Virus record (IMG/VR): IMGVR_UViG_3300015608_003726 | Direction: 5' to 3' (one strand) | Origin: an uncultured virus (IMG/VR IMGVR_UViG_3300015608_003726) | Lineage: Duplodnaviria > Heunggongvirae > Uroviricota > Caudoviricetes | DNA length: 20,000 bases | Shown: positions 8,559 to 16,707 of the stretch, one piece after another | Numbering within the stretch: the first letter of the stretch is position 1 | Layout of the letters: each line of letters begins with the position of its first letter | The notes under the pieces: generated by a model | What the model saw: the letters and a program-made list of their open reading frames with translations, nothing else | What the model was told of the DNA's origin: nothing | Database searches by the model: none | Translations under genes and position numbers: made by a program

Positions 8559-8596
8559 TATTTTAAGTGCATATAACTATTTTAAGTGCATATAAC
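8559..8596. repeat. Perfect 19-bp tandem duplication covering the last codons and stop of the 126-aa gene
   Basis: TATTTTAAGTGCATATAAC at 8559-8577 and 8578-8596. Confidence 0.95.
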
Positions 8597-8962
8597 GCTT
8601 CCGGAAACCGGAGTATTAAAATATACATACAATCTATTATTTGTTGTATGCTCTATCTTTCCCTCCATCTCTGTATTCGAAGAATTTAATATAGAAACAT
8701 TTGGTTTTCTTCCTAAAAAATGATCAACAGTCCACGTTGTATCAGAAGATGATTGAGTATGAACATAATAGGAAGATAACGATACCCAGTATAATTGGTC
8801 ATCAAAAAAAGACAAAGATGACATATGAGCAGTTTGACACGCGTATATACTATTTATATAATATACTACATCTCCTTGAGAATAAGAACGAGAAGAAACC
8901 CACTCATTTATTCCTGAGCCTGATACTGAACCGCTACCTTTGTTTCTTGGTACATGAGGCAT
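8582..8962 (-). CDS. Small two-domain protein: CBM5/12-like carbohydrate-binding motif plus a fibre-associated beta domain
   Basis: EWVSSRSYSQGDVVYY..SIYACQTAH...W fits the W-x4-Y-x2-GD-x-V-x-Y pattern. The C-terminal YVHTQ...TWTVDHFLGRKPNVSI domain resembles the C-terminus of the 701-aa neighbour. Confidence 0.7.
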   Translation of the reverse strand: MPHVPRNKGSGSVSGSGINEWVSSRSYSQGDVVYYINSIYACQTAHMSSLSFFDDQLYWVSLSSYYVHTQSSSDTTWTVDHFLGRKPNVSILNSSNTEMEGKIEHTTNNRLYVYFNTPVSGSVICT

Positions 8963-8964
8963 AA

Positions 8965-9780
8965 TTAATTATATTCTCTTAATACTGTATTATATAATTC
9001 AAAAGGATCTGAAAATATCTTCTTCATATTTTTTTGTTTTTGTAAAATTAAACCAGATATTCCTCCAACGACAGACGAAAGCATGCTACTTCCTGAAAAT
9101 GAAACATATTTATCATTATGTAAAGAAACTAGTTTTTTAAACGGAAGAGAAATACAATATTTCTTATTATATCCCTCGTAATCTTTATTTTCTAATATTT
9201 TTCCAGAATATCCAACCGTCATAACTTCAGGAATATTTGAAGGGAATTTTATATATTTATCTTTCCCGTTTCCTGCGGCAGAAAAAATTGCTATATTATT
9301 ACTAAATGCTTTTTTTATAGCATCATGCAATGATTGATCATAAAAAGAACCTCCAAAAGCCATAATTATTATATCTACTTTTTTTACTATAGACCATAAA
9401 ACAGATGCAGTCACTGAATTGTATTTACCAAAACCGTCATCAGATATTCCTTTGGCATAATAATAACAAGCATTTTGACATAAACCTATAATTTTTCTAT
9501 TGTACGAACGCAATATACCGCTTATGGCTGATGAGTGTCCGTGAGTATCTATAACGCCATTATTGCTATTCGTAAAATCAACGCACTTATCACTGTCCGA
9601 TTTGTCAAAAAATGCAGATGGACATCCAGAATCTATAAAACATATTTTAACATCTTTACAATCTATATTATTTAAATTTTTAAATCCAAAAAAATCTCCA
9701 TTATAATTTATAACATTATCAATACTTTCTATAATATTTTTCTTGTTTATTTTGTCGCATTGAATGTGATCGTAACGCAT
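8965..9780 (-). CDS. Subtilisin-like serine protease (peptidase S8), divergent
   Basis: Asp motif FIDSG, His motif DTHGHSS, oxyanion AAGNG and Ser motif SGSSML occur in subtilisin order. Confidence 0.85.
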   Translation of the reverse strand: MRYDHIQCDKINKKNIIESIDNVINYNGDFFGFKNLNNIDCKDVKICFIDSGCPSAFFDKSDSDKCVDFTNSNNGVIDTHGHSSAISGILRSYNRKIIGLCQNACYYYAKGISDDGFGKYNSVTASVLWSIVKKVDIIIMAFGGSFYDQSLHDAIKKAFSNNIAIFSAAGNGKDKYIKFPSNIPEVMTVGYSGKILENKDYEGYNKKYCISLPFKKLVSLHNDKYVSFSGSSMLSSVVGGISGLILQKQKNMKKIFSDPFELYNTVLREYN

Positions 9781-9782
9781 TT

Positions 9783-10523
9783 TTATTTATATGTTTTTGA
9801 TATATACTGCCTTTTACCTTTACCGAAAAAAATCATATTCAAAGATTCTTTTTCGTAATCAAGATAATATGTATATTTTCTTTCAGCAACTCCAACAAAA
9901 GACGCAAAAATATCATCGGTTATAAGCATGCTACACTTGCTAATCTCATCAACGAATTTTTGAGGATTTTGTCTTATAGGTACATGCCACCTTTTTGTTA
10001 AGTCTAGTTTTAAATTTGATTTTATATAATGTCTTATATCCTCATTTTTTACAGATATTCCTGTTGTATTGTGTTTTGTTTTTGATTTTGATTTATATGA
10101 AATAAAAGGCTTTTCTCCGCACCAATCTATACCTACAATATCAAAAAGCAATTCATATATATTTTTTTCATTTTTCTTGCGAATATAAATATGATTGAAT
10201 AAATCTATACAACTACGACTTGTGCAACAGGTTTTATCTCCTTCACCGATAAAACCAATAGTTTTATTTGAATAAAAATTATAATCAATACCAATTACAC
10301 TATATGACAAATTAACAACCAAGTCAGAACGACTATTATTTATGTCTTCTATATTATTTGTTATTTTTAAATCGTTTTCTTTATCATATAAAAAGTTATA
10401 TTTATTATCATGAAAATATATATTAAAATTAACATCTTTATATACTTTTCTGAATCCCTGAACCAAAGAAGAATAGTATATATAGCACCAATTTATATCT
10501 GGGACAATAATAGATATATTCAT
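9783..10523 (-). CDS. Degenerate GT-B glycosyltransferase-like protein resembling GT9 (heptosyltransferase family)
   Basis: The N-terminal MNISII...SSLVQGFRKVYKDVNFNIY, the central DLVVNL and the C-terminal FVDEISKCSMLITDD..ASFVGVA..KYTYYL echo GT9 patterns, but the usual IGD and DSG..H motifs are altered. Confidence 0.5.
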   Translation of the reverse strand: MNISIIVPDINWCYIYYSSLVQGFRKVYKDVNFNIYFHDNKYNFLYDKENDLKITNNIEDINNSRSDLVVNLSYSVIGIDYNFYSNKTIGFIGEGDKTCCTSRSCIDLFNHIYIRKKNEKNIYELLFDIVGIDWCGEKPFISYKSKSKTKHNTTGISVKNEDIRHYIKSNLKLDLTKRWHVPIRQNPQKFVDEISKCSMLITDDIFASFVGVAERKYTYYLDYEKESLNMIFFGKGKRQYISKTYK

Positions 10524-10558
10524 AATTTATTTTTCGACATTTTTTGTTTCATTTAAAC
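10524..10558 (-). promoter_or_regulatory. Candidate promoter, CGA class, leaderless
   Basis: Minus strand GTTTAAATGAAACAAAAAATGTCGAAAAATAAATT-ATG; the C of CGA is at -13; no SD. Confidence 0.45.
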
Positions 10559-10563
10559 AACAT

Positions 10564-11166
10564 CTATTCAATATCGTTACCTTCTCCTGAAAGATCTATA
10601 ATTTCATCCATACCTTCTTCAGGAATGCCCATAGCAGCAACTTCTTCGGCCTTCATACCTACAGGAAGTACAATAGACTTTGTATCTTTATTTTTTTCTC
10701 TTTCTTTTTGAACTAATACTTTAGATTTATTTTCTTGGATAATAATATTTTTATCAAATTCATTTACTACTTCTAAAATACCATTCGAAATTGCGTCTTT
10801 AATCGATGGAAATTCATTTATTTGAGACATAATAAAATTATAATCTTTAAAATCAAATATTCCATTAAATTCTAAAAATTTACCAGAGTTAACGCTCGGT
10901 ATTATTATCTTTTTCTTTCCTTTCGTGTGGATATATTTCTTCAGAAACATCTTGTTATTTTTATTTTTTTCAACATATGATTTTACGAAATTTATTATTG
11001 TTTCTGGTTTTTCTTTTTTAATAGAATTAATCCAGTATATATCTTTGTATTTTTTTAATAATTCTTTTATTGATTCAGTATCTAACATACTTATTGATTT
11101 TGATTCTCCAGAATTCTCATCGACTAAAATAACTTTCATAAGTTTTGTGTTTGCAAATACTATCAT
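10564..11166 (-). CDS. Hypothetical protein with a segment resembling the N-terminal extension of the adjacent GT4
   Basis: 200-aa ORF whose ATG directly follows the upstream TAA; acidic C-terminal tail. Confidence 0.7.
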   Translation of the reverse strand: MIVFANTKLMKVILVDENSGESKSISMLDTESIKELLKKYKDIYWINSIKKEKPETIINFVKSYVEKNKNNKMFLKKYIHTKGKKKIIIPSVNSGKFLEFNGIFDFKDYNFIMSQINEFPSIKDAISNGILEVVNEFDKNIIIQENKSKVLVQKEREKNKDTKSIVLPVGMKAEEVAAMGIPEEGMDEIIDLSGEGNDIE

Positions 11167-12576
11167 TTATTTATTCCTTATATTATTTTGTATTTCCATT
11201 AATCTGCTTTTTATTTTCTCGCTTACAGAAGTTACAGAATAGTTTGTCTTTAATTCTTCTTGTAGTTTATTGTTTTTTTCTTTTGCATTTTTGTATTTTG
11301 TAAAAACATCTCTCATACCCTTACCTAATCTTTCTATAAAGTCATCTGAATTCAAGGCCGGAAAAACTTCTCCGTCCCAATAATGAACATGCATCTTGCC
11401 TTTTGGCAATTTCTCAAGCCTATCGATATCAACAAGTAAAGAATTATCATTATTTAAAAACATTGTGTGGCCGCTATAATTTGTTGTTATAACAGGGAGT
11501 CCGCATAACGAAGCCTCGCAAACAGTAAGACTAAAACCCTCTCCTCTTGAAGGAAGAACAAAAGCATCGCATGCTCTATATATCTTTGGCATTTCAAATT
11601 CAGGTATTACCCTAGAACAACGAGCAATATGGGCAGGATTATTGCCTCCGTATCTTTTTATGTATTGCTCTATCTCTGTCTGAATGACCTTGCTTCTTTC
11701 TGAAGCTCCCTGAAATCTACTGACAATCAACAAACTCGTATCATCTTCATTTGAAAATTCTTTTAAATATGATTTCAATAAAGCATCATAACCTTTTCGA
11801 TAAGACCATCCAAATACGCTTAAAAAAACAAAACTTTTTAAAGAAGGAGTAAATTGATGAGGTTTACTCTTTTCGTTATATAAACTCATATTAATAGAAG
11901 GCTGAAAAACAAAAACACTAGGTTTTATATCATATTCTAATAGTATGTCTTTACAAAAATCTGAAGTTACCCATATTTCATCATATTGATTACATATATC
12001 TACTGTTTGTTTTGGTATTGTTGATGCCTCTATTGTTGTATATAAAATTCTATACGAAGATCGAGGACTTATTTCTGAAAAACTAGGAATGATACTATCT
12101 ATTTTTATTGCCTTTGAAGAAACTTTTCTTGTTAATTTTTGTAAAGCACTTATTTCCATTTCATTCAAATCGTTTCTTCTCGTAGAAACAGGGAGTATTT
12201 CTACATTAATACCAGATTTACTTAAACCTAAAGCAAGATTTCTATTAACCTTCGCATAACCTCCTGCTTCATAAAAATGACCTTTTATAACAACATCAAT
12301 ACCAGAAGAAGGTATATTTTCCTCTTCTCTTTCTACGTCTTTTTCTATGTTTTTATTATTTTCCATATAAGCAGCATTCATCCTTTTCATATTATTTTCT
12401 ATTCTATCTTCTGAACAATTTAAAATTTCGAAAGCTCCTATAATTAAAAGCTTTTGTAAAGACTCGGATTTTTTTATATCGTCAGAAGATATAAAAATAA
12501 CCTGATCATTATATGGTATATTGAGATCTATATCATCAACAAAAATTGAATTACCAGTTATATTCTTACAGTACAT
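11167..12576 (-). CDS. GT-B glycosyltransferase, GT4-like, with an N-terminal extension of about 90 aa
   Basis: GGYAKVNR, YTTIE, DEIWVTSDF, YRKGYDALLKSY and the EX7E motif LPSRGEGFSLTVCEASLCGLPVITT. Confidence 0.92.
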   Translation of the reverse strand: MYCKNITGNSIFVDDIDLNIPYNDQVIFISSDDIKKSESLQKLLIIGAFEILNCSEDRIENNMKRMNAAYMENNKNIEKDVEREEENIPSSGIDVVIKGHFYEAGGYAKVNRNLALGLSKSGINVEILPVSTRRNDLNEMEISALQKLTRKVSSKAIKIDSIIPSFSEISPRSSYRILYTTIEASTIPKQTVDICNQYDEIWVTSDFCKDILLEYDIKPSVFVFQPSINMSLYNEKSKPHQFTPSLKSFVFLSVFGWSYRKGYDALLKSYLKEFSNEDDTSLLIVSRFQGASERSKVIQTEIEQYIKRYGGNNPAHIARCSRVIPEFEMPKIYRACDAFVLPSRGEGFSLTVCEASLCGLPVITTNYSGHTMFLNNDNSLLVDIDRLEKLPKGKMHVHYWDGEVFPALNSDDFIERLGKGMRDVFTKYKNAKEKNNKLQEELKTNYSVTSVSEKIKSRLMEIQNNIRNK

Positions 12577-12591
12577 ATTGGTTTATCGTCT
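12577..12591 (-). promoter_or_regulatory. Candidate promoter -10 element, CGA class, leaderless
   Basis: Minus strand AGACGATAAACCAAT-ATG; the C of CGA is at -12. It lies just downstream of a terminator, so a new promoter is needed here. No SD. Confidence 0.45.
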
Positions 12592-12596
12592 TAATG

Positions 12597-12627
12597 AAAA
12601 AAGCAGCCCAAAAGAGAGCTGCTTTTT
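12597..12627 (-). terminator. Intrinsic terminator, possibly bidirectional
   Basis: Minus strand AAAAAGCAGCTC-TCTTTT-GGGCTGCTTTTTT, downstream of the 12652 stop. Confidence 0.85.
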
Positions 12628-12651
12628 AATGATTTAAATATAGTAATTTAT

Positions 12652-13011
12652 TTATTCTTTAATAAACATATGCAAATTAGCCATCAATTCTACTGGAAGG
12701 TTAATTTCTCCAAAATCTCCAATAGACACCGGATCAAAATTCAAATCAACTTCAACTTCCAAAAGAGACCTTAATTCATTTGTGAATTTTTCAATATTTT
12801 CAGGAAGAACTCTAATCTCTCCCTTTTCCTTATCCTCTTGTCCATATTTTTTTATTAAATTTTCTCTTTGATTTTCGCACTCTTTAAATTCATTCCTGAT
12901 TTGATTGCATAATCTTCCTAATTTAAAAGATATTTTTGCAGGAATACTTATCTTTAAAAGAGATTCCAAAGATGGCCTTATTTCGTTTATTTCTCTAAGT
13001 GTTATTTTCAT
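12652..13011 (-). CDS. DUF1617-like phage protein (119 aa; start revised to 13011)
   Basis: The pattern L..LL...IPAKISFKLGR....I..E....E..R..LIKKYG...F..E...LL..EV.L resembles DUF1617. SD GGAG precedes MKITLRE, so this start is preferred to 13056. Confidence 0.7.
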   Translation of the reverse strand: MKITLREINEIRPSLESLLKISIPAKISFKLGRLCNQIRNEFKECENQRENLIKKYGQEDKEKGEIRVLPENIEKFTNELRSLLEVEVDLNFDPVSIGDFGEINLPVELMANLHMFIKE

Positions 13012-13076
13012 TATTTTCTCCAATATACAATATATATCGTATACTATCGACAACAATGAAAATAACTATTTAAATT

Positions 13077-14066
13077 TCACTTCAATTTGAATTTATTCTT
13101 ATCAAAAGTTGTAGCATCAACCTTCGTTGCATCAACCTGGTTTGCTTCCGCAGTATCATTAGATACTTCATCTTTAAATGAACCTTCTATTGCTTCTCTC
13201 GCCTTATGAAGTTCTGTAATTTGCTCTACAGTCAATCCCCTAAGAGAAACAATAACCCTTCCTCCTGATTGAAGTCTTTGTAAGGCTCTCTGGAAATTAA
13301 CCGCAGGCTCTCCTCCAGAACACCACATAACGCCGCACTGCCCCTTTGTGTTCAACCATTCATCATTTGACCACTGACGTTTCTTGTCTAAAACAATGGC
13401 ATTATATACGTCATATAACGAAACTAAACCATACGCAGTCGATATCACCTTTTCAGCATCTTCTCCAAGAGGACGAGCTGGTTCTAAAAGAAATTGTACT
13501 CCAAATTTCTTTAATAAAGCAAAAATAGCATAAGCATCAGACGATGAATCAACAGTTCCGCCTGTATCAAAAATAGGAACTATATTCTTTTTAAACATTT
13601 CAACCAGATAAGATAATGTTTTGGATGCTTCGATGCTCTTATCCAATGGAGTATTAAGACTCGAAGATTCTGTTATCATTTTAGGAGAACCAATAAACGC
13701 CCCAACCCATGCAATTCTCTTATCTAAATTTCCAATAGAATTTACAACATCTTCAAAAGAAACCTTACTTCCTTCGTATGTCATTCCTGGCAAAACAGGA
13801 TTACAATATAATTTACGACCAGGCTGATCTGCGTATTCTCCTATATAATATCCTGCATGCAGAACTCCAAATGCCCTATCATAAAGCATGCCGCAGCCAG
13901 GAGCATTTCTTGCTACTTCTCGAATAGATAAAGATCCTTCTGGAGAATTAACCCAATCAAAATATCCCTTTGATTGTATCTGAGAATTAAATCCAAAAGG
14001 ATTATCATTAAAATAAACTTTATTTGCAGCTTGACAAGAAAAAACCAAATATGGCATACTTTTCAT
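13077..14066 (-). CDS. Hypothetical protein (329 aa; start revised to 14066)
   Basis: Long ORF; SD GGAG followed by T6 and ATG (MKSMPY). Alternating alpha/beta character, but no family recognised. Confidence 0.7.
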   Translation of the reverse strand: MKSMPYLVFSCQAANKVYFNDNPFGFNSQIQSKGYFDWVNSPEGSLSIREVARNAPGCGMLYDRAFGVLHAGYYIGEYADQPGRKLYCNPVLPGMTYEGSKVSFEDVVNSIGNLDKRIAWVGAFIGSPKMITESSSLNTPLDKSIEASKTLSYLVEMFKKNIVPIFDTGGTVDSSSDAYAIFALLKKFGVQFLLEPARPLGEDAEKVISTAYGLVSLYDVYNAIVLDKKRQWSNDEWLNTKGQCGVMWCSGGEPAVNFQRALQRLQSGGRVIVSLRGLTVEQITELHKAREAIEGSFKDEVSNDTAEANQVDATKVDATTFDKNKFKLK

Positions 14067-14090
14067 AAAAAACTCCACTAATATTAAAAC

Positions 14091-14128
14091 CTAAATTAAT
14101 ATACTATTTTTTGAAAATCAAATCCTCT
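14091..14128 (-). promoter_or_regulatory. Candidate phage promoter, AAGG class variant
   Basis: Minus strand AGAGGATTTGATTTTCAAAAAATAGTATATTAAT; the AGG-to-TATTAAT spacing is one nt shorter than in two other copies. Confidence 0.45.
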
Positions 14129-14136
14129 TGCTCTTA

Positions 14137-15207
14137 TTATTTGTTATCAATAATATTATTTTTCTCTGTTATCTGTTGTTGATTTTGTTGCTGATCAAAA
14201 ACAGAACCTACCTCTTGAAGATCTGAATCCCACTCAGAAGGAATATTATTACTTAAATGATCCATAACGTTAACGATGTCTTGTTCAGACTCTCCGGTAT
14301 ACGCAGATATATAATAAGCCATGCTACCAGTTTGATGAGCAATGTTGATAATTATATTAATAGAAGCAAAAGCTTGTTTTATTGGCTGATTTTCAATATT
14401 TCCAATCAGATGATATGCCTGTTCTACTCTGCTTCTTGTTTCATCGATTCCCATCTGCTGCCAAAAACCATACCATACAGGAAAACATAAAAACTCAAAC
14501 AGTTCAACAGCGATTTCGTATATATCATAATATTCTTGCATTTCTTTCAAAAGAGAAGAAATACTATTTCCATGTATCGACTCCATATACTCAGAAAATA
14601 TTAAATTATCATAATAATCTCTTGTTTGTTTTGTTATATATTCTTCTGTTTTAGGAAACTCGTCTTCTTCGTTGTAAGACAAATTATCGCTTAATGACTC
14701 TTTGTACATATATTCTTTTTGGGATTCAAAAAACGCAGACAAAAAAGGAGCAGAACCATTCTCTACAGGAGCATCAAGTAATGATATGGAAGATTCTATA
14801 TCATTATAAGATACAGGCATGACCTTTTGCTGCTGCTCTTTAATCCAGGAAACTTCAGATTCAAGAGCAGATTCTATTTCATCTGGCGAACTTCCGTTCA
14901 TCTCAAAATGTTCTTCAACTCTATTTTCCGCCCACTGTCTCGGATTTAATAAAGCATGCTTTTTTAACCAATCTTCAAAAACATATGAAAGTATAGAACT
15001 TATATCCTGAATAATAATTCTAGATTGCTGTTCTATACGAGAAAGTATATTATCATATCTTTTAGGATAACCTCGAAAACTCTGAGTCTGTAATCTTTGG
15101 TATTTATATGTCAACTCATATAATGCTTCCATTAAACTTATAATAGAAGTATTATCATATTGAACATCCCATATGGCAGATATTTTTACTATAGAATACC
15201 AATTCAT
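14137..15207 (-). CDS. Acidic, helical hypothetical protein starting MNWY
   Basis: 356-aa ORF, E/D/Q-rich, no family recognised. Confidence 0.75.
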   Translation of the reverse strand: MNWYSIVKISAIWDVQYDNTSIISLMEALYELTYKYQRLQTQSFRGYPKRYDNILSRIEQQSRIIIQDISSILSYVFEDWLKKHALLNPRQWAENRVEEHFEMNGSSPDEIESALESEVSWIKEQQQKVMPVSYNDIESSISLLDAPVENGSAPFLSAFFESQKEYMYKESLSDNLSYNEEDEFPKTEEYITKQTRDYYDNLIFSEYMESIHGNSISSLLKEMQEYYDIYEIAVELFEFLCFPVWYGFWQQMGIDETRSRVEQAYHLIGNIENQPIKQAFASINIIINIAHQTGSMAYYISAYTGESEQDIVNVMDHLSNNIPSEWDSDLQEVGSVFDQQQNQQQITEKNNIIDNK

Positions 15208-15244
15208 TCTATTTTAATTCAAAAAAAATAACAAAATTACCTTT
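15208..15244 (-). promoter_or_regulatory. Candidate phage promoter, AAGG class, leaderless
   Basis: Minus strand AAAGGTAATTTTGTTATTTTTTTTGAATTAAAATAGA-ATG; the A of AGG (15242) is 35 nt before the ATG (15207); no SD. Confidence 0.55.
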
Positions 15245-15255
15245 ACAAATTCTAT

Positions 15256-16380
15256 TTATACTATAAGAGCATGAGGCGTACTTTCAATCCATGCGTTGTT
15301 CGATATCTCCATAAATTCTGCCGCTTCTCTCATCTCTTCGAGAGATCCAGCTCCGCTATATGTCATACCTGAACGTATGCCGCCTATAATTTCTTTTAAT
15401 ATATCCTCAGTCTCGCCTTTGTAGGCAATTTCAATACAAACACCCTCTGCAGCAACATCCTTTTTACCAACATCATTCAAGAAGCTCCTAGAAGACTGTC
15501 CTCTGTATATCTTTCTTTTAGATCCATCTGGTAAAGAAATTAAATCTCCTGCAGAACACGATGTACCAGCTAATAAGCTACCCATCATAACAGTATCTGC
15601 TCCTGCAGATATTGCTTTTACTATATCGCCAGAATGCTTTATTCCTCCATCTGATATTATAGTAATACTATTGTCGTAAAAAGTTTTAATATGTTGTTTA
15701 ATATCCATAATAGCAGAAAGCTGAGGAACACCATGTCCTGTAACAAGTCTTGTGGAACAAATTCCTCCATTCCCGATGCCTATTTTTAAAGAATCAGCTC
15801 CCGCCTTAATAAGGTCTTCGGCTGCTTCAGAAGTAGCTATATTGCCGGCAATAATTCCCATAGTAATATTGTTGTTTTTTAATTCTTGTTTTAACTTATA
15901 AAACATTGCTACAGTTTCAATAGACTGATTCATATGACCGTGAGCAACATCAATGCAGATAATAAATCTTTTTAACCCTATCTTATCAACAACTTCTTTA
16001 ACAAAATCAATCCACTTTTCTCCGCAACCAACGCTAAAAGCAAGTACTGGATCTGTATAACCCTTCCATTGAGTAGATCTGTTCTTTGTATTTCTTATGG
16101 CATGTATATATTCTTCTTTCGATTTATAAAACCTATGAAGAATACCAAGTCCTCCGAATATGGACATCATAACGGCCATATCTTCGCCAGTAACAGTATC
16201 CATGTTGGCGCTTATTAATGGAATGTCTATATAGAAATCATCGCACACTCTTGTTTTCATAGATATCGAATTGTCATTTCTGGAGTTAAATCGAGACCTC
16301 TGCGGCCTTAAAAGAACGTCATTAAATGTCAGCCAACGAGAAGGTTTATAACTATCTCCATTCGCATCTACAAATTTCAT
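15256..16380 (-). CDS. IMP dehydrogenase / GMP reductase family enzyme without CBS domains
   Basis: [42 protein letters not shown], catalytic loop [65 protein letters not shown] upstream. GuaB versus GuaC could not be resolved. Confidence 0.92.
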   Translation of the reverse strand: MKFVDANGDSYKPSRWLTFNDVLLRPQRSRFNSRNDNSISMKTRVCDDFYIDIPLISANMDTVTGEDMAVMMSIFGGLGILHRFYKSKEEYIHAIRNTKNRSTQWKGYTDPVLAFSVGCGEKWIDFVKEVVDKIGLKRFIICIDVAHGHMNQSIETVAMFYKLKQELKNNNITMGIIAGNIATSEAAEDLIKAGADSLKIGIGNGGICSTRLVTGHGVPQLSAIMDIKQHIKTFYDNSITIISDGGIKHSGDIVKAISAGADTVMMGSLLAGTSCSAGDLISLPDGSKRKIYRGQSSRSFLNDVGKKDVAAEGVCIEIAYKGETEDILKEIIGGIRSGMTYSGAGSLEEMREAAEFMEISNNAWIESTPHALIV

Positions 16381-16395
16381 AATCTTCCTTTCATT

Positions 16396-16707
16396 CTACA
16401 TTAAAGCATTAAAGATCTTACATTCCAAAACATTATCGTCTTTCGCTAAACGATTAGCCATCCTTATTGCTTTTTGAAGTTGTTTATTTGGAACCGCAGA
16501 ATAATCTTGTTCGCAACTCCAACCAAAATGCCATCCAAAAATAGTCTTATCTTTTCCGCAAAAATCAACATTTTCAGCATCATCAAAATACCCTTCATCT
16601 CTTGTTAATACTTTGACTCTCAAATAATGATAACCATCAGGATGACTACATCGTTTATTGTATGAACATATTTTAACTTTGCTATTTTGTTTTTTATTCG
16701 TTTTCAT
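16396..16707 (-). CDS. Small hypothetical protein
   Basis: ORF of about 103 aa whose start overlaps the MTase stop (GTGATG), with SD-like AAGGAG upstream. Confidence 0.65.
   Translation of the reverse strand: MKTNKKQNSKVKICSYNKRCSHPDGYHYLRVKVLTRDEGYFDDAENVDFCGKDKTIFGWHFGWSCEQDYSAVPNKQLQKAIRMANRLAKDDNVLECKIFNALM

Noticed and set aside
3392..8962. Diversity-generating retroelement or invertible tail-fibre switch
   Set aside because: No reverse transcriptase or recombinase is in the window, and no near-identical template/variable repeat pair or inverted crossover sites were seen.
13105..13140. VDATK-VDATT repeat with a 15-nt period
   Set aside because: It is an ordinary slippage duplication in a low-complexity C-terminal tail.
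14064..14082. Possible second TnpB target (TGGAGTTT matches the first 8 nt of the predicted guide)
   Set aside because: The match is simply a shared SD sequence, stops after 8 nt and lacks either candidate TAM.
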